Assembly (NCBI GenBank): GCA_008632985.1
Contig: QPGO01000049.1
Location: 372,001-436,000, forward strand
DNA: 64,000 bases
DNA from: Psammoneis japonica
Taxonomy: Eukaryota
Direction: 5' to 3'
Shown here: positions 24,600 to 36,521 of the stretch, piece after piece
How the letters are laid out: the number at the start of each line of letters is the position of its first letter
Position numbering within the stretch: the first letter of the stretch is position 1
Program-made: the position numbers and the translations under genes
Notes under the pieces: generated by a model
What the model was told of the DNA's origin: nothing
Databases searched by the model: none
Seen by the model: only the letters and a program-made list of their open reading frames with translations

Positions 24600-27500
24600 T
24601 GGTGACAGGATGGATTTCAGAAGCAACTGAGGAGGGAGTTGTGTCTGACATGTGGAACAAGGGAGATGATTGCAACTTTCAAGCATGTCAGATTCATGAA
24701 AGTGGATGTGTGCATTGTCATGTGATGCAATGGTTGGCTGAGCTAGATCTGCTGGCTGGTTTCTGACAATTTATGCTCTTGCTTTCCCCACAGGTGAGTG
24801 CCAAAAATCTCAAGTGCAACACTCTTGCCTGCAATGCCACTGCTGCTGCCGCAGCTGCAGCTGCTGGCAGCAATCAACAAATGTCTGAGACAGACCCAAT
24901 GGAAAAGAACAGCGCCAAAGGCAGAACGATGTGGGCCTCTTGTGGGAGGTTGACTTCTTCACATTTCTCTTCTTTCTCAGACGCGGCTGTCAATCCATGT
25001 GGCATGATTGGACTGGGCAATGGAAGTGGTGGTGGCCTGTCCTTGATGGGAATCTTGCACTCCCCAATGTCTCCTTCAGCGCTGCACATTTTCTTCGTCT
25101 GTCATCACTTGCCCATGGTTGTGGAAAAAATCAATGGCAAATGGAAGGCCACATGGAATGAGTCGATTCTGGCAAAACCACCAAATCCAATGTCATGCAA
25201 GCCTGCAATGCCCATTGGGTTGGCACCGTCATGACTCACCCCATTGTTCAAACCCACAAAGACAAGGACACTGTCATGAACTTGTTGCATTCCATGGATT
25301 GTCTTCCCATTTTCATCGATGAAGAAACACGTCAAGCGCATTGTTGTGGGTTTTGCAAACAAGTCCTGTGGCCCATCTTTCGCAACATTGACTTGTTGGA
25401 TCTCTCAAAAGTGTTTGCATTTTTGGACCGACAATGATGGGACCAAAAATGTTGAGAGCAATTGGGGTCAATTGCTCCTTGGCAATTGGTGGAGTGCCTG
25501 CCAAGCTGTCAATCAGAAGTTTGTGGATTTGATGATTCAAGCCATTCAACCCAACAACATTTTGTGGATTCAGCCTGTGGAAGTGGTTTGAGCAAAAAGG
25601 CAAACATGCCGACAGATGGATGGAGGTCACTCGGAACATGCACATGGAGATGCATGGCATCAGGCAAATTCAATTTCACACACCGGAACCAAACAGTCAT
25701 TTCTCAATGCAGCCTGTGCCAAGCATTGTTGTCATTGTCATTGATGTCACAAATTGTGTAAAACGCTGCAGTCATTGTGCACCATTCAATTTCTCATGAG
25801 GTTGAAAAAAGCAGGCCATCATGGTCACTGAAAGCCATGGCCATTTTGGTGGTGAGTTGGTTCAAATTTCATCCGTTCATGCAAATCTCAAGTCATTCAC
25901 ATGAGCTCAACAATGCAATGTGAACAATGATGAACAAAGCACAAAATGTTTTATTTTGTTCAAAAATGGGCATGTGCAGTCCACATGAGTCTGGGACAAG
26001 TCATGGATGGTGTCCAGCTCTGTGGCAAATTCCATGTCAAGGGTTGCTGTGCTGCCACATGCTCATTGAATCATGACAAACCAAAAGGAACCACATTGAA
26101 AGAGATGAACGCTTGGATCACTTCCTGCAGGAAAACTGACAAGACTCAGGAATGGGGTGCATGGTCATTGTTTGCTGGCAGTGACCCAAGTCCAGGTGGA
26201 CTGCCTCGTCCATCTCCCAAACCTCCCCACTCCAACAAAAATCAAGATGGTGGCATCTGCATGCAAGCCCATCTCCCAAACAACCACAAGAAAGCACAAG
26301 GTCAACAATGATTGGATCAAGCCAACCAAAGCCAAGTAGAGACCTCTGTCAATCAGACCTGCAACCAAGTTGAAGAAATGCAATGTGAGAAGAAGACAAA
26401 CTCTCCCTCTTTGCCCAACACACAATCAAGGCACATCAGCTCAATGCAAAAGCCTGGACAGCACAGCAAAAAGATTGATGGAACAATGCACCATGATGGA
26501 AGAAATGCTCAGCAGTGAGTGTCCTCTGGAACCCACGACCATTGACTTGAATGACGACTCTCCTCAAGGACCAAGCTCCCCCCACCTCAACATGACAGCA
26601 CTCATGGTCAACCCACAAAAGAGCCAACAAAGGCACTTGCTGTCCACCTGACTGTGTGATGCCCACCCCAAGAACTCACCACAGTCACTCAAAGCTTTTC
26701 AAATCTGAGCAGTCTCTCCCTTGGGAAGACCCAGTGACACATGCAGCCAAAAAGCCACCAGCTGGCCAAGTGGCAGCCCCTTCGAAGGTTTTTGAATCCA
26801 AACCATCACACCTGTTGGTTGACTTGGTAGAACCTGCAGCCAAAACACCACCAGTGAGCCATGTGGCAGTCTCAACATTGGTCCACATGAATCAGAATGG
26901 TCATGCCAGTTGGCCAACTCAGTGGAAACTGCAGCCAAAAAGTCAATTGCTGACTGAGTGTCAGATCCCAGTGACACTCTGTCAGACAATGAGCTCATCA
27001 ATCTGATTCACAACATGACATCTCACTCTTCCTGATGCCTGTCAAAACCCATCATTTCCCTCAAGCCTGCAATGGAAGCAGTGGAACAAAATTGGGTTGC
27101 CCTTTCACAATGTTTCAACCTGAACCTTGAGGATGCCCTTCAAGCTCAAGGCACCTTGATCTTTGGTCATGGTTCCAAATTTTGCCCTCCACACTTGTCA
27201 GAGCCTCGGATCAAACTTCATCCCATGTGGACAAATGTCAAAGACATGCTCTTGAATGGAGCAAAATGCCCATTGGAACCTGTCACAAAGTCCAACCAAT
27301 CTCAGGACCTGCAGGAAGCACTGCAATGAGGCAATCACAAATCAGCAATCAAAAACATTGAGACATTGTGCCAAAAAAAACTGCACAACAAAGCACACAA
27401 AGGCTGGGAACTGCCTCTGCCAAAGGACAAGATCCATTGCCTCCAAAATGCTTCAATTGTCCCACTTGGCGTTGCCAATCAAGACACCATCAAAGAGAAG

Positions 27501-30250
27501 GGAAAAGTGGTGCCCTCTCAATGTGTCGCTCATGACCAATCCTTCAAGATTGGATCAGGTGCCTCCACAAACTCTCAAGTGCAATCAGAAGAGCTCACTC
27601 CATGTGTGCATGGCAACATGCTCCACCACCTTGTCCACTGCATTGTGTCCCTCTGACTCCACCACTCAACAACTTAAATCCTGATTCAAAAGATTGATTG
27701 CAAATCAGCACATCACTGGGGTCATCTCAACAGTGAAGCACCATCACAAGCAATTGCAACAGTGGGCGACCTTGCTCTGTCAGCTCTTTGACTCACCTTT
27801 GGTGGAAGCCCAAATCCAAATGTTTGGGGCAACATGTCTGAAACAATCTGCTGTGGGACATTGCCAATGACATCCTCCACTGCAATGCATGGGACCCCTC
27901 TTGCAAGCAAAACCCAATGCAAGACCACATTCCACAACCAAAATTTGAAGGCCCCAACATCACCATTGCCACAGCATGGGAGCTTCAGCAGATGCACCAG
28001 TCAACAATGACAAGAGGAAGGCAGATGTGTGCATTGATGACACCGTTGCAGTCACACATGTACACAGGTGGCAACAACATCAAACAAGAAGAAGGAGAGC
28101 AGTCTTGTCAGGCATGCACACCATTGGAAGACCAGTGCATCAAAAAAAAAGACTTGCCGCACAATGATCTGATGTGCCTCAAAAAGCCAATGGCAGAGTT
28201 TTGCCTTGAAGCACTCAAGATCATTCCCGGTTGGCTCCTGGACATGTGGCGTTTAAACATTCTTGCCCTGTCAGAACACAAATCCATTGCTTGGTCCAAA
28301 CAACTCCTGGATCTGATCAAACAAGGAGGCTGCACATTCAAGGAGATCAAATGTTTGATTGGTTGCTTCAATCATTTGGGCCACATCATTGCCCATGCCT
28401 GCCACTTCACAAGCTGCCTCTGTTGTGCAAGCTTCATCCATGTGAAGCCAAAGATGCCAAGCTTTGGGTTCACTTCCTCAAACAAGCCAAGAATGGCATT
28501 GGCCTTAACCTGGTCACATGTGCCAAACCATCTCACATCTGCCAATCCAGTGCATCCGAGCATGGCATTGGAGGACACAACATCTTCACAGGCAGAGCAT
28601 TCTGCTGGAAACTCCCAGAGCACCTCATCTGTGGTCTTGCCTTGAACACCAAGGAGTTTGTTGGTTGCATGGTGTGTGCATGGACCAATTTCCCTGAAGA
28701 AAACCTCCTGCCAGAACCCTGCATCCTCTTCCAAGGCAACAGCTTGACTGCACCAGGCTGGCTCTGCTGCAAATCTAGCTTCAAGGATGAGCAATGAAGA
28801 CCCCATGCAACCATCAGTCACCAGAAAATTTGCAAATGTTGTGATCAAAGCCCAGAGCCAGTCATTCAGTCAATGGTTCCTGGGAAAGACAAAAATCATC
28901 AGAAACTGCCTGTTGAGAGACAGCAACTCATCAGAACAGACACTCACCCACTTGCTTTGTCACATTATTCTCAAGCAGGTTCTTTAAATTTTTTGCATCT
29001 CACCATTGCCAAAAGAAGTTGTTTCATGGCCAACCTCCTTGATGCCAAAGTTGCCCATCAACAAGCAAATGCTGAAGACACCAACAAGAAGCAAGACACA
29101 GCTTTTTCCCACCAGGAGAAGTTTCTTGGCAAGATTGGACTTGGAAACAACCCATTCATGGACAACCTCACCATCTCCCAAAAACATCACTCTCTCAGAG
29201 CCTTTGCAGCAGCTGTCAGAGAAGGAAGATGCTCCTCTGAACGATTCAACACACTGGTGGCAGGGGCCATTTAGAGCCACCATTGACAATGTGGCACTGA
29301 CCAGGATTTGCAAAAGCAAGGATCCCAGACTTGACAAAGATGGACAAACATCTTGCCTTCCATTGCAACAATGCTGGGGATGCAAGAGCCAATGCGGTCA
29401 ACAGAAATGACAGCACTCCTCTGAGTCCTTGCCAGAAACCAAGCAACCTGCAAAGATGTGGCCACAAGCCAACCAACCATCAGCGCATGGTTTTTTGTGA
29501 TGCTTTCTTGTGAATCTTCAAGACTGCCAGTGATCAATGAACCAAGTCACTGACACACTCAAGAATCTCTGCTTCTTTTGAGACAACAGAGAGCTCCAGC
29601 ATTGCTTGGACCCAGACCCAGCATTGGCAGACACAACAACCATCACTTTTGAGTGTCAGAAGAATGAAGAACAATGCAACACAGTTGCCATGTTTAGAGT
29701 GAGTGACAACACCCCCTCTGCCCCATCAGAACATGGGCGGCAGCAGTCCACAGGGTCAACTTCTGCCCTGACACAACTCTGGACTTGCCAGCACACACCA
29801 TCTGCACCAATGGCAAGCTGTGGAGCCTGCAATTGTCCACCATCCTGACTAAGATGAGAGCAGCAGCAACAGCAATTGGAAAGGATTGTTTGGGATGTGA
29901 AGCACATGAGATCAGGACCCTTGTTTCTTTTGAATTGGAGCAGCAATGGCAATGTGCCCTGATGATGTGCCTGTTTGCTTGATTGTGCTTGTTGGCAGAT
30001 GGTCATTGGATGCATTCCTTTGACACATCTGCAAACAAGTGCAACAATTCAGCATCAACATCTCATCCTGCATGATCAAGAATCAACACTTCTTCACAAT
30101 CCCAGACCTCAACACAGAAGACCCAAGAACAAGAAATCATTGCAAAGCCCAAGCCACTCACAACAACATGCTTGGTCCACATCAAGCACAAAATTGGGGG
30201 CACAGCCACCATCATTTACATTCATGTGAGCAGCTTTGATGGGTTGCAAC
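24600..30250 (+). mobile_element. Heavily mutated Ngaro/DIRS-type tyrosine-recombinase retrotransposon (gag-like, RT, RNase H, YR)
   Basis: CGKFHVKGCCAATCSLNH (gag Zn finger); GHGSKFCP...HPMW; GNHKSA; PLGVANQDTI...HDQSF; KIDCKSAH; LTFGGSPNP; ADVCIDD at 28021-28041 (from YIDD); IIPGWLLD; ASEHGIGG (RNase H); FECQKNEE and the GAAMAM...WSLDAFL region (YR). Ends are approximate. Confidence 0.75.
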
Positions 30251-30319
30251 AGAAATTTTGAGTTGTTGAAGTGTGTGCATGCATTCAATGATGGCACATC
30301 AACTGCAAGACTGTTTGGT

Positions 30320-30885
30320 CACTGGGAAATGTTCACATCTAGGAATGAAAATTTCCCAGGCCTGACCAACAGGTCTTGACTTGCCTCTGTTCTTGCTTCT
30401 GACTGGAACTCATGACCCAACATGAGGACTTGTTTTGATGGTTCACAGTTTGTTGGTCCCATGAGTTGGAAGTTGTTCAAGCATGGGCATGTGAAATGGC
30501 ACACATGCTGACAGATGGACAGAGGCCATCCGGAACATGTGGAGACAGATGTGGCATTGGGTGAATTCAATTTTGTCTGCCAGAACTGAGCAGTCATTTT
30601 TCAATGATGGTGGTTGTTGTCAACAATGCTGACACAACATGCGCCATGTGTTCCAGTTCAAGATTCATTGGCATTCTCTTTGAAATTCCCCAAACCCACC
30701 CTGTGTCAATTGCTGGACCATCAGGTCACTGGGGAATCAACTGCCAGATTGTTGGGTCACCAGGGAATGTTCATGTCCAGGAATGAAAATTTCCCAGGCC
30801 CAAACAACAGTTCTTGACTTGTCTCTGTTCTTGCTTGGGACTGGAGCTTGCAACCCAACATGAGGACTTGTTTCAAGATGGTTCA
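30320..30885. repeat. Two diverged ~125-bp direct repeats (approx. 30320-30445 and 30760-30885)
   Basis: Shared core aggaatgaaaatttcccaggcc...tcttgacttg.ctctgttcttgctt...acccaacatgaggacttgttt...gatggttca. Confidence 0.75.
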
Positions 30886-31292
30886 TCACACTGGTGCATT
30901 GTGGGTGTGATGATCCTGCACGCAGGAGTGAAGATGTTGCCAACAGGGAACAGCACAGTTCTGAGCACTTTGGGTTTGTTCTCTTGAAAAACTTGTTTGG
31001 CTTGCTGTTTGATGTGAAGCCACACAGTGCAAATCTTTGCACAGCATTGAGGGCAAATGTTGACTCTGCTGGCACCATCTTTAATGACATCCTCTTCTCA
31101 GTGTGACTTGAATTCTTTTGCAGAAAACTTTTGAAACAGTCATCATTGGCAGTCTCAAGTCCAGTGCCTTTCAAAGAAGCAGGCTGAGGAAAGGTGCGAC
31201 CTGTTTGCAATTCAACCACTTGTTCCCTTTTGCATGTGGCCTTGTCAATGTTGTAATTCACTCTGGTCATCAGACTGACACACTGCAGCATG

Positions 31293-32448
31293 ATGAGTGG
31301 AAAAGATCCGCATTGTCTCAGTCATGGCACGGGTGCTCTCAGTCATGCGTGTGGTGTCTCATCATTGACGCCGGGTTCAACGTGGATTCTACACAGGGTC
31401 AGAATTCTAAATTTTTGATCCCAGTCATCTTGAATCTTGTTGTCACTTGTTCACAATCCCTGGATTGAAGGAACTCATCCTGCCATGGCACGTGGTCTCT
31501 CTCTGCTCTGCCAGCAGAGGGCTCTAGTCCCACCATGAATTGTTCCAACAAGGCATCCATTGAGTCCTGCAAAGATTCACCTTTGAAGCAAAAACCAAGC
31601 GCCTGTCATCATCATGGTCTGGAAGAAATCAATGAAGACATGCAGCCAATCTTTCTGCCCGCCATCACTGGTGCATCAGGAGTGAGTCCTCAAAGGAGGA
31701 GAGAACCTGCGTGGTCATGTGTGGTGCTCATTTTGTTGTTGTTCATCGCTTCTTTGTTTTGCTGTGCATGAAAGATTTTGGAGGGTGCAGAGCCACGCGA
31801 GGGCACAGCTGATGTTTCCAGGAATGCAGGAGAACTTCAAGACATGGCCAAATCCAAGCAAGATGTGCCATGGCTTGAGAACAATGATTGCAATGTACAA
31901 GCAACGAAGGACATAAAGGCAGCACCAAATTGCAAGAAGAAGGCCAGCTCTGTGGACGTCGAGGTCGCAGACAATTCAGCTCGCAACCAGTGGCCAACAT
32001 TGCATGAACGGAAGGTGGCTGCAGCAATCAAAACAGACCAGAAGAAAAAGGTCAGGAATGCACGTTCAAGGGGCACAGAAGACAACAACGATGTGGGATC
32101 CATCTCGCTGTCTCCGCCGCAGAGGTCTTCATTGCCGGCGCACCAGGACCAGAACTCAGCAGCAGCTTTGCATGATTCGATGCAAGACCCCTGTCAACGC
32201 AAGGAGGGACCGCAGGCACAAGCACAAGGGTCAGTGCTCATGCCATTGTGGGTCCTGAAGCTCCCACAGATGAATCCACTCTCCATGATGACAGTCAAGA
32301 CGCAATCACGATTAACTCAGAACAAGCTCCACAGACGGTTGTCGCACACGCGGTCACCAATGAGGATGTGGCCAATGAAATCCGTGAAAAATTGCACTGC
32401 AAAATGAGACAAGAAGTGCTTGATCAAGCTGTCAATGCCAAAGCCGTG
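31293..32448 (+). pseudogene. Truncated, hypermutated duplicate of the promoter and 5' part of the beta-propeller gene at 52076-53232
   Basis: Collinear with 52076-53232. Differences are dominated by TA->TG/CA and CG->TG/CA; it is frameshifted and ends at ...VNAKAV. Confidence 0.9.
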
Positions 32449-33131
32449 CAACTGGCCACACCTTGCAGGCAGAGCTGTGATGTTGATTGCACCATGATTT
32501 TCGGACATGACAAGAACACCCAAAATTGTGTTCTTTAAATTGCCTGAAGAAATCTTGCATGTTGGCCAATGGACAGTGAGTGCACTTTTTAGAACAGTGT
32601 TTTGCAATTTGTTAGGTGTTGGCCGCAGGGCATGGTTGGGCAATAGGAGTAGAAAAAATGTCATAGAGAGTACATGCTTGTGTAGTTAGCACTAAAAAGA
32701 AAACACACGAGCGCGCAGTCTGGGGCGCAGCGCAGCGCAGCACCGGCGCTCACATCAGGAGCACAGGCGCTTGCACAGCATCGCAGTGAGCCGCACGCAC
32801 GTTGAAACTTGAAACGGCCGTTTCTCGTTTCTCCCGCACCACAAACATCATCAACACGGAGCACCTGCAACAATGGCCGTCGCCGCTGAAAACGAGCATT
32901 ATCGATGTTGTGTTGATACCATTGGACCTGCTGTTGTCAACCCAAAAACTGATTCATAATGAAAACAAATGAGAATATTCTCTTGAGCCGAAATGTGTTT
33001 CTTCATTCTCACATTATTCTCAGTGAGTGAATCAAATCACAAATCACTCCACGGTATTTTTTGGTTTTCTCAACTTCTTGTTCTCCTTTAATCTTTGTCC
33101 ATATTTCCATAGGAAAATGTCACATCATGCT

Positions 33132-33334
33132 GAGCGGCTCAAGTTGATGCAATATCATGCGGGCTGCTCAAGTTGATACCATTTCAAACGGGGCGGTTCA
33201 AGTGGATACCTACACCTTACTGGGTGACTCAAGCGGATACCAATGCCTTGCTGGGCAGCTCAAGTGGATACCTGCACCTTACTGGGTGACTCAAGAGGAT
33301 ACCAACACCTTACTGAGTGACTCAAGTGGATACC
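33132..33334. repeat. Minisatellite: seven degenerate ~30-32-bp units, consensus approx. GGGTGACTCAAGTGGATACCAACACCTTACT
   Basis: A (C/T)TCAAG..GAT core recurs seven times head-to-tail with no unique spacers. Confidence 0.85.
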
Positions 33335-34019
33335 ATTATTGAATATTATATGGAGTGGTCCAAGGGTGAGGAGTATTTTTCATTTTAAAATCTACAATCT
33401 ACCACTTTTGGGAAAGTCCCGATATAAAGGGCAGACGAGGTTGCTCTCGTCTCTAATAATTACGAGCAACTATACCGAGGTAGCTGACTGCAGCGGCGCC
33501 TTGGTAATTTTTTTCTGCAAGACGGCCTACGAGAGCCAAGGGGTTGCTCCCCGGCGAGACTGAGAGTGGTACCTCCAAGGAAGGGGGTGCCACTCGACGT
33601 GCTATGACCCGAATCTCAGTTAGATAGGGTTCGCCTGCCCTCAAAGGTGGTGATTGGTTGCTTTCAAGGAATGCAGTAGGATAGAAGGATAAAATAGCTG
33701 GATTCAATTGATCTACAGTACAGAATGGTTATCGAAATTCCTGGATGGTCATGCGGAGTAGGACGTCTAGACGCCTCTCCTCCTGTAGACGCTTATCCAT
33801 TTTCCACATCAAATGAACGGAACCATCAACCTTGCACTCTCTATCAACACTCTGTGCAAAGTGTCAGCCATGATTCTCAGCAAAACCCGTGACTTCTCTT
33901 CATAATCACACAAATGCATTCGTCGCAGCCGTCTCCGCCATGACGGCAATCAACAACAACGACGATATGACAGGGGATGACGCAGCGGCGGCGCACGGCG
34001 TCGAAGAGGAACCTGATCT

Positions 34020-35007
34020 GATAATTTCAAGCATGATATTGGTGACAAGACTCTCTTGGTGGATTTGGCCAATCTTACAAAGTTTGATGCGAGTGACAAC
34101 AAACTCTTTGGGGCCCTTCCTGTGGAGTGGCTGAGTTGCGAGAAGCTCGGTTTCCTGGTCCTTCACGGGAATGATTAGAATAGAAGTCTTCCGGCCATTC
34201 CCGAAGAAAACAATGCGCTTCTGCTCTTGGCGTTGCATGATAATAAAATTGAAGGTCCGATTCCCGATTCGATTTCAAGTCTCAGGCTGTTGCGCCACTT
34301 GAATTTGAGCTCCAATTCTCTTTCCGGTGACTTGCCTCTCTCGATGGGAGAAATGGAGGACCTAATTTATCTCTTTTTGGCTGAAAATGATTTCAATCGT
34401 GGACCTATCCCAGACTTTTTCCGTCCGCTGACAAATCTCACTGAGTTGTCATTGAAAAAGACAAGGCGAAACAGGCCAATTCCTGATTGGATTGGCACCG
34501 ACTTGAAAAAACTCCTTTTGCTGGATCTTGATAGTAATGACTTGACTGGTCCAATCCCAGGGAGCCTCGGAGAAATTAATACGTTGCTTTATTTTTTGCT
34601 CAACCACAACAAGTTGAACGACACGCTACCAGCTTCTATTCAAAGCCTCCCGAACCTACGTGAGTAGTGTTTTTGGTTGTTGTGGCTAGCCCCCTTGGTG
34701 ATTTGAATGCCGGGATGTGACTCACAAGTATCGTCATCTTCTTTCTACTCATAGGTCTTTTGTTGATTGAGCGGAACAACATGACAGGCTCTGTTGGAGG
34801 CCTCTGTAAAGGCACGTTCAGGAGCTAAGTGCCGACTGCGGTGGAGCCAGCGTTGAAGTAGATTGTTCCTGCTGTACATTATGTTGCGAGGATGGTGAGA
34901 CCTGCAACGATAACAAAATGCTTGCAAACTCGGACCCCAACTGGGAGAGCAGATTCAACCGAGTTGTGTGGGATTTCAGAAGTGAGCTGGACGATGTGTT
35001 TTAGTTA
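34020..35007 (+). pseudogene. 5'-truncated LRR receptor-like gene fragment, not TpA-depleted
   Basis: Plant-type LRRs (LHDNKIEGPIP, LNLSSNSLSGDLP, LDLDSNDLTGPIP); intron from about 34661; C-terminal ADCGG...VDCSCCTLCC. In-frame TAG near 34176 and no obvious 5' part. Confidence 0.7.
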
Positions 35008-36029
35008 TAACGAAGTATCTTGTAGATGCGCATACCTACATTTTAAATTAGTTGAAGGCGAACTGAATTTGTTAATGGACTATATGACGAAACCCAATTC
35101 AGCGAAAGGAGTGGTCATCAAAAATTCCTATCAGGAACGCGACTTGCACCATTTTCAGTCTTCAAACACCGTTCATCGTCACGGACAGTGGTCTCCTCGT
35201 GAAGTCGTCAAGCTTGCGGTTTTCCCGCTCGTTACAAACACAGCTACGGTACAACAGGGGCAAAAACAAGTTGTTCTAGTGCGACTATGCCCATGCCACC
35301 CTAGACTACGACAACAACTAATCCAGCACATCCATCTTGTGGATGCGTCAGGGAAAAAAGGACTAGACTTTCCATGCCTACAGGCTACTTCCTAGCATGC
35401 TCTCTACTTCTACTCTCTACTCTACTACTAGAGTAGAGAGTAGCTAACCTTACGGTACTTCTCTACTTCTACCCACTCTAATAGTGGCTATGACTCACTC
35501 GACTACCGCTGAATCAAGCGCGCGAACCTTGCGAGAAGCCGCCCGTGCGACCACCGATTTGGTCCCAAACTCCCGCGCGGGAGCAGCGGTCTCTGATCCT
35601 TCCATAGGAGTACAGTAGACAGGTCTACGCAGTTCTTAAGTACATGAGACAAACAGAGCGCAATGACTAGCATAAAGATGGTCTTTCATAGCGTCCTAAA
35701 TGATTTGCCAGTACAAACTTCACGTGAAGCTACAATCCACAACTCCCGCGCGGGACCCTGATTAGCTCACAAATTGGATTTTGTTCCTAAACAAAGTGGT
35801 CGCACGGGAGTACAATGATGGACCAAGATGGACCACTACCGAGGATTTCAACGTAGCCGTTTACGGTGGCAAATCGCAAAATGTACCGGGCGACGTTCAA
35901 TTTCTACGCGGTCTTTTTGCGGAGGACCAAAACGCGATCTGCTCGAGATCAATTCACTTTTCTCCTCACAACGCTCTCAAAAATCGAGAAACTACAAAAG
36001 TACACTCACTTCCTCTCAAGCCTTTCACC

Positions 36030-36521
36030 ATGAAGCTCTCTACCATCTTCTCCATCGCCGCCATCGCCTTGGCTACTCCCAACCCCGTCTCGGCTAACTT
36101 TGCCATGTACGAGGGAACTATCTTGATGACGAGCGAAACCGATGCGGAACTCACCGCCTCCGACACCCTCTACCTCGACATGACTGTCAAGGATGCCTAC
36201 AACGAGGCTCATACGGGTGGTGACTTTACCGCCGAGGTTGCTGTCGTGAGCGACCTCGATCTCGTAAGCCGCCGTGCTCTCAACGAGAACGGAGAGCGCA
36301 AGCTCCCTAATAGTGGAGGCTGGGCCGGTGTCGTTCAGGTCGGAGGACAGTGCTACTTGTGTGGTGGTGGTCGCCGTGCCCTCAAGGGAGGAGAAGAGAA
36401 GCGCCGTCAGCTCAACGACGCCGTTGTGGGAGCACTCTTGTGCAACAAGCTCGCTACCGGCTCCAACAGCAAATTCCATGGTGTTTCTGACTGCCAGGTC
36501 AGCCTGATTCTTGTCGAATAA
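36030..36521 (+). CDS. Small secreted protein (163 aa) with RxL-type processing motifs
   Basis: Signal peptide MKLSTIFSIAAIALA; RRAL twice, ERKL and RRQL; CYLC; strong C-ending codon bias. Confidence 0.8.
   Translation: MKLSTIFSIAAIALATPNPVSANFAMYEGTILMTSETDAELTASDTLYLDMTVKDAYNEAHTGGDFTAEVAVVSDLDLVSRRALNENGERKLPNSGGWAGVVQVGGQCYLCGGGRRALKGGEEKRRQLNDAVVGALLCNKLATGSNSKFHGVSDCQVSLILVE

Noticed and set aside
23790..32640. Classical fungal RIP, or CpG deamination alone
   Set aside because: RIP raises TpA, whereas here it is depleted. CpG deamination cannot convert the TA sites seen in the intact paralogue.
33132..33334. CRISPR array
   Set aside because: The units are contiguous and degenerate, with no unique spacers and no cas genes, in a eukaryotic context.
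35781..36029. N-terminal extension of the secreted protein in the ORF track
   Set aside because: It relies on a TTG start; the signal peptide and codon bias begin at ATG 36030.
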